Origin: Amoebophrya sp. A120
Lineage: Eukaryota > Protista > Dinoflagellata
Direction of reading: 5' to 3'
Length of the DNA: 64,000 bases
Assembly: GCA_905178155.1 (NCBI GenBank)
Contig: CAJINV010000004.1
Coordinates: 10,001,546-10,065,545, forward strand
This document shows, one piece after another, positions 49,679 through 58,900 of the stretch; within the stretch, counting starts at the first letter, position 1, and each line of letters begins with the position of its first letter. The position numbers were made by a program, and so were the translations under genes. A model generated the notes under the pieces. It saw nothing but the letters and a program-made list of their open reading frames with translations. It searched no databases and was not told the origin of the DNA.

Positions 49679-52600
49679 ATGATTTGGTGGCTCTCCCTGG
49701 GGCGGCTCTGGCAGCAATTGACAACCTCAACGCGATGGTGCGAGGATATGGGGGTGTCAGGATCGAAATCGTCAAAGTTGAAAAAGTTTGTCATGCATAA
49801 AATGCAACCCACGAAGTGCCTGTCTTGCAGAGTAGGCAAGTGAGACAGATTGCAAGCTTGTTGAGGGTAGAAATGGAGCTGCTAAAGTAGCATGACAAAT
49901 GGCGTCTCCCTCACCCAAACAGCATGACAAACTGGATTTCGGTTCTACCCAGATTTGTCATGCGCCACTTGGAAACTGGGTTACAACTGGCATCGATTTT
50001 ATGCATGACAAATCATTTCAACTGTGTAGATTTCGATCCTGACAGTTCCATAGAGGAAATCGATTTTCTCCTTATAAAGTTCCTTTTCTTGTTCTTCCTG
50101 GGAACTTGCTTGTACTTTGAGTACTTCATCTCTGACGACCTTTGGATCCTGTTGAAGAAAGCGTGGACGAAGAAGAAACACATCAAGACGCTTGTTGTTC
50201 CCGTTTTCGAGTTTGCCCAGGAGGTTCAGGACTCTTTCCTCATTGACCGCAGCGAGAGAAACAAGGTTCTCTTCCAAATGTCGGCCATGCTAATCATCCC
50301 CACCCTGTTCGGCCTGTACGAAGCCCGGCACCAAACGCGCATTCGATCGGAGGAGCCGCTGTTGCGCGGTGGCCGGCAACCGCCTTGGGCCGTGGTCAGG
50401 ACCCGCTGGAGAAAGGAGCACAGTTTCGCGCAAGGCAGTGGGAACGGGGTGCGCTGGTGCAAGCCCCCACCCGAAGCAGTTGATGAAAATCTTATCCTCG
50501 ATGCAAAAGTTGGTTGTATTGATTGCGCAGCTCGTAAGAGAAATTTTTGCAATGTAGCATACGGAGGTTTTTTTCCTTCTTCATGCCTGAATTTGCATGA
50601 AGAAATATTTATTAAACATAAAAGCGTTATGCTTTCATTTGAAAAAAAAATGTGTACTCATGCGATAATTCCGATTTCTGCTACTTTCACAAGGTGGTGA
50701 AATTTTTGCACTGCATACCTCCCCCGCAAGACGGGAAATCCTCTTCCTCCAGGTTGCCCAGGAAGAAGGTAATAGGAGCCTCATCGACGACCTTGGACGA
50801 TCCCTACCGACTCATACCGCCCGCCACGTTCCAGATGCAGATGGAAAAAGATAAGCATGGTATGCATGGAGATTTTTTGGCAAAACTGTCGTAGTCGTAC
50901 CAGTAAACATTTTTGTCACAATAAGTTGTCATGCTCATGCAGAACAAGCAGAAAGGAGCGGCAACGCGCATCTGGCATGCTTTATCCATCCGCTTTCGTG
51001 TATTGCATACTTATTTTACGAGAACGAGTTGTACGACGCTATTGCAATTTGCATACACTGGCAGATTCAGTGGTACGATGGGGACGGAAGAAACTACACG
51101 AAACTGGTCCGGTCCATTGAAGCCCAGGCAGCTGCCCTTCCGAAGTCCAACCAAACCCTGATCCCGCAAAAATTTCGGGCTTGGAGCTACCCCGAAGATG
51201 GGAACGAACGGTGGGAGGCCAAAGAAGAAGCGGAAAAAGCAAAACTGGTAAAAAAGCAAAAAATCGCCCAACAGCTCCGGAGAGTGGTCCTGCACGACGG
51301 CAACCAAATGCCTTTGGTTGCGTTCGGCACCGTATGAACTGCAAAAGTTTTGTACTTAGTATAAATTGCATGACAGATTTGCTCAGCATTACAAATGAAA
51401 TTTCTCATGCTGATTTCCCTTGAGAAAGAAATTTGTCGTGCATAATTGCAATTACTACGAGTGCGATACTTTTGCAGAGCATACACCGGTACGGGTACGA
51501 CTACGGAAGCGCTCGCCAACGCCATCCTCCTGGGGCACATCCGGCACTACCAAATGTAAATATGTCTGGGTCTGGAAAGATGAAAGTTGTCATGCTGGTC
51601 TTGCATTCCTGTGAAATCTGTATTGCGTGACCAACAAAAGTGGTAGCCTCTCACGTCATACAAAAACGCAGTTTCCAATGCGGACTCCGGATGGGAAAGC
51701 GTTCTGCAAACTTGTCATGCTTTTCTGCATAAGGAAGCGTTTTCCTCTTGCACATTTTAGCGTCACAAATTTCCAGACCCAGACATATTTGCATTTGATA
51801 GGGACCTGGATTCCGCCATTTGGTACGGGGAGGATATCCCGTGCAAAAGTATCGTACTCGTATTGCAGTCATGCATTACTCAAGGTAAATTCGCATTACA
51901 AATTTTATCTTTCATGCTGAGTAATGCATGTATACGAGTGCGATACTTTTGCAATGCATAGAGGACTGGCTGGGAACCTTTTTGGAGTCCTTTTTCGCCC
52001 AGCACAAGCCGTACATTGGGAGACAGGACCTGTTTATCCCGAATAAAAACGTGTCCGCACCAGAGTCAAGATGGGAAATCTGCTAGACAAATCAACCAGC
52101 TTTGGTTGTTTGGCATGGCAAGTTTGTCCTCATAGTGTATTCCTGTTTAGCTAGTTCAGAAGCGACGTCACAGATCTAGCATAGAAGGCTGATCCTAGCA
52201 TCAAAAATTATTCCAAAACACGAACAGAGAACGCTGCTCATCGGGCTCCGCATGAGAAACTTTTTCGGCATGCAGAATTGCATGACAGCTCTGGGGCGGG
52301 GATGTTTTCACACGGGATACTGTTTATCACCACCAAAGTGGAGCCCAGTGACGACGACGTGCGGATGCTGTTGGAAAGGGAGTTCCCGAAAAGCGGCGCG
52401 GAAACAACCAACCCGAAGCCGGGCGTGGCCTACGTGCGCATGGATCCTGTGACCTTGCAGCCGTTGCCGGAAAGCTACCGCAAAAAGGAGGAAAAATCCT
52501 TGGACCAGGTGGACGAACGGGACGTCTGGATGGCCGCGCAGAACAAGAAGGGGCAAGACAAGTTGAACTGGCTTATTTACAGGAAGGTGCAGGAGTCGCG

Positions 52601-55441
52601 GTCCCAGTTAGGACTCATTGCCGGCGGGAAGATCAAGAAACAGAAAGGACTACCCGGCGCTCGTGGTCCTGCCGCGGTGCAGGTGCATGATCGCAAAGAC
52701 CAAACTGGTGAACGCCCGGCAACATCCAGTACGAGCGTTGAACAACAACCACATAACTACGAGGATTTCGACGAAACTGCTGAACAAGACGAAGACGCTA
52801 CCAAACTCGACATGCTTCTCGCACACAGCATGCCGGCTCAGGAGCGGCACTGGGTTCCGTTTTGGAAGGCGCTGATGTTCGTGAAACGGGAAGGGCTCGT
52901 GAAATCCATCGGCGTAAGCAACTGGAGCGTAAAAGCGCTGGACCGTCTGAAACAGTTCAACTTGGAGCTACCTACCGTTATCTTCTGTAAAAGAATATCG
53001 TAGTAACAGAGCAAGTTGTAGTAAAATCAACAAAATGCATCAACACACTTCTGCTTCTGCATGAAGACCAAGACGAATCTTGCATCTACAGTTACATCAG
53101 CACTGCAGATTCGATTTATTTTGTTTTTCCCTTGACATAAAAGTCTTGTCATGCGCATGCGATTTGTGCTGCTGCGATACGTTTGCAATGTTGCATAAGC
53201 GTGAATCAGTTTCAATTTCACCCGTTTTTCAAGGGCATGATGGGCGACCCGAAAATATTCGACATCGAGGAGACGGTGGACGCAGAAACGGGAAAGATCG
53301 TGAAAAAGGAACAACAAAAAGCCAAGGATATCGTGCACTACTGCAACGAGCATCAGATCGTGATCACGGCGTATTCGCCGCTGCAGCCACTGCAAGTGGT
53401 GAGGAGCAAATGGCTGGAGCAGCAATTCGCCAGAGTGACGGACTGTGACAAGGCGGGAAAACTGATGAAGAAGAAAAGAACGGCGCGGGCGGAGAAACAG
53501 GCAGGAAACCAGGCAAAAAAGGGCAAGGTGGCGCGGAAGCTAGTTACCGCAGCGGAGCAACGGCTCGGACGGACGCTGGATAGGACAGTGCACAACTCCC
53601 CCTCTCCCTCATTTGTCAGTCAAAATACCTCATTTACGCCTTGGCTCTTGGCACTTTTTGCATGACAAGTTGTGGCAGCCCAAATACTAGCACTACACTC
53701 CTGTCCAATAAACTTGTCATGCAAAACCTCTATTTTTCTTGCTGACTCTGAGTCTGACACTTGCATTGCTGTACATGTAATACAAGTGAGGAGGAGGGGG
53801 GGTTGTGCACTCTCATACTGGAGGTGGCAGATTTAGAAAAAGATGACGTGTACGAAAGTATCAAGGATACGCCGGAATTTGAAGAAAACTACCTGCAGCT
53901 GATACTATCCTGAGTAAAAACGTACCCACACCAGAGTTGTAATGCAGATTTGCAAAGACAGGAAGACTTGTAATGCGCATCCCCATGAGAGCCGTTTCCA
54001 ATTGTGTTTTGGAATTTGTGATGCTGTGAACAGGATGAGCAGATGAATCCGCGATGCGGCCGCACTTGCTAACCTGCACTGCACTGCATAGCGCAACTTG
54101 TCATGCGTGACTCACAAAACTCCTACCTAGGTTTGTGTTGCAAAATCCCCATCCTGACGCTGGTGTGGGTACGTTTTTACTCAGGATAGATACTGTCGCT
54201 GAAATATGCACTGCAAAAGCATCTTTCTTCGCACAGCTCGTGTCGTTATATAAATCAATTGCATTGCATCAGAATCAGATTTAGATTTTGCCGTTGGCGC
54301 GATAAAACCAGCGGAATTTTTGAACATGCTGACTAAATAGCCTAAGAAAAGGAGATCATGCTGCAACAGTCCATTTAAGTAGTACGAGTCATCGCGATTG
54401 CGATACAAGAACTTTTGCACCGGATAGGACAAGCCGCTACACGATTATGCAGGATTGGCAGAGAAAGGAGTTTATCGAAAAGGATTACGGCGTATGGAAC
54501 GTAAATTTACAACCGCACATGAGAAAAATCACGTCACAGTTACAGTTTCGACAGGGGATGCATGACAAATTTCATTTTACGCTAAGCTATTAGCCGTGGT
54601 GGTCTCGCAGTTTGAAGATCCAGATCTTCTCATGCTGCACTTTGTTTATTTGTGTAACTGTAAGCCGCCACGGTGATGCGTCGTTGCGATCGAACTGTAG
54701 CTGTACATAGTCTACTTCGTCGTGTGCGGTAGGTCTACTCATGGATTCTCTATGTGCCGTCTGAAGGAGTTTTGGGAGGCATATGTTGTGCAAAAGTATC
54801 GTACCCGTATAAATGCAGGTCTTGCAACATTACAAGTCTTTTTTATTAAGGCAAATCCGCATGACCACAAATTGAAATTCCATTTCTCATGCCAAGGAAA
54901 TTTGTATTGCAATCTGTACTAGTACGATATTTTTGCACAGGATGAGGCGACTCGGCAAGCAATGAAGGAAGTGAACGCGCTGGAGTTGTACATGTGGCAC
55001 TTGGAACCGGGAGGAGCTGCTCCTGCAAGATCGTCACATGCATCAAACAGCACGGTTTCTGGGGCTGCCTCCTCCTCGAATGTTGCTAAGAATGCAACCT
55101 CTGTGACAACAACATCTTCAAAGACGAGGAACAAAACAGCCAGCCTGCCCCGAGGCATCATCACCAGCACGAAGAACCCCAAACGGGCACAGCTCTTGAA
55201 CGCGGTTAGCTTGGATAACGAAGAGGCGCGCGCGGCCATCGCGGAATCGACGCGGAGAAGGAAGTCGCGAAATAAAAAGGGGAAGAAGATGAACAAGGAC
55301 AACGGCGGAAATGAAAAATTCATCCGGGACGACATCACCATCTGGGACCCGAATCTTTTGCAGTGGTCAGAAGAATTTATGATCTTCATGGACGCGCGAA
55401 CCTTCTTCGACCCAAGCACGGGGCTACCGAAGGACAAGTAA
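49679..55441 (+). CDS. Aldo-keto reductase family protein with a long, partly hydrophobic N-terminal extension (~14 exons)
   Basis: Spliced motifs LHDGNQMPLVAFGT, GHIRHLDSAIWYGED, RQDLFITTKV, LDMLLAH, EGLVKSIGVSNW, PTVNQFQFHP, ITAYSPL; catalytic D/Y/K/H all present. Junctions in ~54205-54715 are only partly resolved. Confidence 0.8.
49747..50052. mobile_element. Introner family K
   Basis: TIR TATGG...TGTCAGGATCGAAATC; TSD GAGGA/GAGGA. Confidence 0.9.
50493..50717. mobile_element. Degenerate introner
   Basis: TAT..TGCAAAA / TTTTGCACTGCATA; TSD eroded (AATCT/CCTCC); element+5 restores the frame. Confidence 0.65.
50861..51055. mobile_element. Degenerate introner
   Basis: TATGCA..TGCATA; TSD CATGG/CACTG; element+5 restores the frame. 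Confidence 0.65.
51333..51483. mobile_element. Introner family A
   Basis: TSD CACCG/CACCG. Confidence 0.9.
51548..51800. mobile_element. Introner family D-type TIR
   Basis: TSD GGCAC/GGGAC; left end TAT>TAC. Confidence 0.85.
51835..51960. mobile_element. Introner family A (internally deleted)
   Basis: TSD GAGGA/GAGGA. Confidence 0.9.
52035..52319. mobile_element. Introner family C-like
   Basis: TSD CTGTT/CTGTT; splits the conserved DLF|ITTK. Confidence 0.9.
52979..53197. mobile_element. Degenerate introner
   Basis: TSD ACCGT/AGCGT; splits the conserved PTV|NQ. Confidence 0.8.
53581..53817. mobile_element. Introner family B (reverse orientation)
   Basis: TSD CTGGA/CTGGA; left end TAT>TAG. 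Confidence 0.9.
53906..54188. mobile_element. Introner family C
   Basis: TSD GATAC/GATAC. Confidence 0.9.
54205..54426. mobile_element. Degenerate introner
   Basis: TATGCACTGCAAAAG / CTTTTGCACCGGATA; TSD TGAAA/GGACA. Confidence 0.6.
54782..54944. mobile_element. Introner family A
   Basis: TSD AGGCA/AGGCG; right end ATA>ATG. Confidence 0.85.
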
Positions 55442-55910
55442 AGGAATCGGTCGAGGAGGAGACATTCGATCGAAGCTAATTCGGCATGAAGATCATGATC
55501 TTCAACCGGGTGAATAACTAAAAAATTTTGGGAAAAGTCGTTGCATAGCGACTTAAAAAAATGAACAAAAGAAGAACAAAACCTATTCCTCGATGTTGAT
55601 GTAGGTGGTAGGGATACTTTCTTTTTCAACGTCAATATGCCGTCTCACTTTTCTTTCCGTTGGAGTTGTTTTCGGATCCCATGCCGCATGTTCTTGTTTT
55701 GCGACGACAAGTAGAAGCTTTTTTTTATTCTGGAGGTTCCCCATGTCTTCATTAATATGTCGCTTTCATCCACCTCGGAGCAGTCGCAGTGTCACAGTGT
55801 CTTGCCTGTCGAGGCATTTGAGTTTCGACTTATTGCAACAATGAAAAGAAACTCCGTGCCAAAATTGATTGCCCGTGAAACTTCTAGTCGCAAAACAACT
55901 CGCCCTCATA

Positions 55911-58900
55911 ATGACACGCCTTTCATGGCTATGCGTACTATCTGTATCAGGTAGAAGTTTTTTCTCTTCAGTATCACTATCACTCGCCCTTCCTACTTGG
56001 CTGTTGTTGAACTCCGTGCCTTTACTAGAGACTTCTGAGGTTTTCAACATCGTGAAGAACTCGACCACATTTTCAAAGTTTGCATTCGCAACAGAAGTAC
56101 TCGACACGACGTTAGCTGGCGAAGTGCCTGCAGATCAAGATGACACGCCTGACACGACGCAAGTGGAAGCGGGTTTTAACCCTGAGGAGCCTGACGCGGA
56201 ACAAACAAGCGACGAAAAACTGTCGGAGCACTCATCGGCGTCCTCGGGGAGGACACGAACCTACTGTCCGCCACTCCCAAACTTCACCTACGACCTTCTT
56301 CGCGCTGTCGAAGAGGCAAACTGGGTCGCGGAAAAGGACGTCGTGCGAGCGGTGCCTTCGTATGAAACGTCCCTGCAGCTTTTTAGCGGGTGGCTTAACC
56401 ACGAATGGGTCAAGGTTAAGCGGTGGGGTGGTCGAGACAGAACCACCAGTACAACTGACCAGAAGAACAAAATGGGTAGGAGTGTGAATCACCTCCCCAC
56501 CCCTTTGAATCACCTCCCCACGCATCACCCCCCCACCCGGATCACCTACCCACCTCCCCCGCATCACCTCGTGATGCGGTCGCATCACCACCGCAACGGC
56601 CGGAGGTGATGCAGAAGCAGAGCCGACTGCGGCCTTGGTTGTTTGGGTCTAGGGTTTAGGGTTCGGGGTTTGGGTTCGTCGAGGCCAGCCGGCGCGACGG
56701 CGCCGTCGCGCCGGCTGGCCTCGACGATTCTCTCCTCCCCCTGTTGTTTGCTACCTCTCCGCCCGTGCGCGCCACCCTTCTGGATTCCGCTTTTCCTTGG
56801 TCCTTATGTTGTGCGCCCTATGCCCCGGGCGTGCTTCCGTGCCTTGACTCCTTGTGGCATTGCCTTGCGGGTGTCTGGGTCGTTCCATGTTCGCCATCTT
56901 AGGGCCGCCGGCCGCCACTTGGTGGCCGCGGGATGCGGACTCATGTGCGTTGTGGCAGATGCCTGGCTTCATGGCCGCGAGGTAGATCGATGGCACAGAA
57001 GCCAAGCAGCAAGCATCCAGACGTAGTCCTCGCGTTCTGGTCGACCATCACGGGGAGGCGCAGCGCTGTGGGGAAGTGTTGGACGACAGGGAGGTGGGGA
57101 GGTGGGGAAGTACCTCCCCACCTCCCCACTATTGGAAAGGTACCTCCCCACACGTGGGGAGGCACCTCCCCAGGGTGGGGAGGTAGGGAGGTGGGGAGGT
57201 GATGCGTGGGGAGGTGATTCACACCATAACCAACAAAATGGACGAAGAGCTCAGCGCGAAGAAGTCAGCGCCCTTTCTCGTGCGTTTCCTGCAGAAAACC
57301 GCCGCCAGTGTTCCTGTGTCGAGATCGAGAACAGGCAAAAAGAAAAATGACCACAAGTACTCTAACCCGCATCTTCTTCCCCCGAAAAAGAAACAGCACC
57401 TCCTCCGGTCTTTCCTGCGGAAGGAATTCTTTGCCAGATGCAAGATCGGAGAAAGCGAGTTTATGCTCCTCCTTTCGCTCGCGATTCACCGCATTTATGC
57501 GCAAATCAACCTCGATAACGCAGTCGGAGAAATGAGCGGGGTGGCGCTGGGTAGTAGTACGGATTTTGATTTAGCAGTAGATCATGGCCGCGCGCAGGAT
57601 TTTTACCCAGACGATGATGATGCTACCGGTACCGTTCCTTTGCGAAAAACCGCCGCAGCACACGGCGCACAGAGCAGCACTACTATCAGACAGCTTGCCG
57701 GCAGAACCTTCTTTCACGCGGGCAACGACCACGCTGCGGGTATGAAAGTGCACAACTCGTCTCCCTCCCCCTCATTTGTCATGCAAAATACCAAATCCAC
57801 CCTTTCCCTGTTAGCACCGCTTGCATGACAGATTCCGGAATCCAAAACAGCACTACAATCGTCTAGGAATTTGCCATGCAAAAGCTGCATCTTTGCCAGC
57901 GCTTGCGTTGCTGTTCATGCAACACAAATGAGGGGGAGGGGGAGTTCTACACTTTCATAGCGGGTGGGACTTCTCTACACGTCCACGCGGATCTTCGAAC
58001 GGACGAGACCCAGATACCTTGCGGCTGGGTCTCCGCGCACGACCTGAGGGTGCTGTTGGAGGTTTTCTCGGACTGTGGGCCGGCGCGGGAATCTCCGCGC
58101 AGGAGCCCGGACGATGATGTGATGAATACCAATTGCGCCAGCTATGACCGCTTCGTGAACATTCCTGGTATGGAGAAAATTGACGTGCCAAAACAGTGTT
58201 TGCACTCAGCGATCGGCGGTGTCGTGGATGAACATCAAATCAACCGCTCGGCCATACAGCAGCCGGCACCATTCTCTTCTAGCTTGCTGCTGCGCTTCCA
58301 GCTTCGACTCTTTCTGCGCGTTTTGAAAGCGGTCAGGGATATCATGGATGAGGATGGCGAAGAGAAAAGTGATGCACAAGAACAAGTCGGCGAAGATGAA
58401 AATCTTCTGGACCCAACTGCAACTGCCGCCTCCGCTCCCGCAAGAAGAAGAAATGCTTTACTCCTATCCCGTCTGAAATACTCTATGCGCCTGAACGCTG
58501 TCCGGAAGTTGTGGCAGGATAAAGTATCCTACGCGTTTGAGTTCCCAGACTTCCCGTTCGCGCACCGCCCGGCGCTGACGCAGAGGGCGAACAGGGTGGG
58601 GCCGCCTTTCGTGGACTTCGGAAGGATGCACGACGATAATGATATTCCTGTGGATCAAGCCGGCGAGGAGGCGGAGGACCAGCATGGCAAAGCTGGGGAT
58701 CTTCCGGATGGAGTTTCTCCTGTTCAGGAAGAACAAGCGAAAAACGACGACACCTGCTTCTCGTCCCTGTTTCTGATATCCTGTGCAAAAGTATCGTACT
58801 CGTATAAATGCAGCTCTTGCATTGCAAATCTTGTTCTCAAGGCAAATCTGCATTACAAATCTGATTTCTGATGCTGAGGAAATTTGTAATGCATTTATAC

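Noticed and set aside
54493-54714. Additional introner in the AKR gene
   Set aside because: An intron is needed here and GCATGACAAA is present, but no TIR/TSD pair gave the right frame; boundaries left uncalled.
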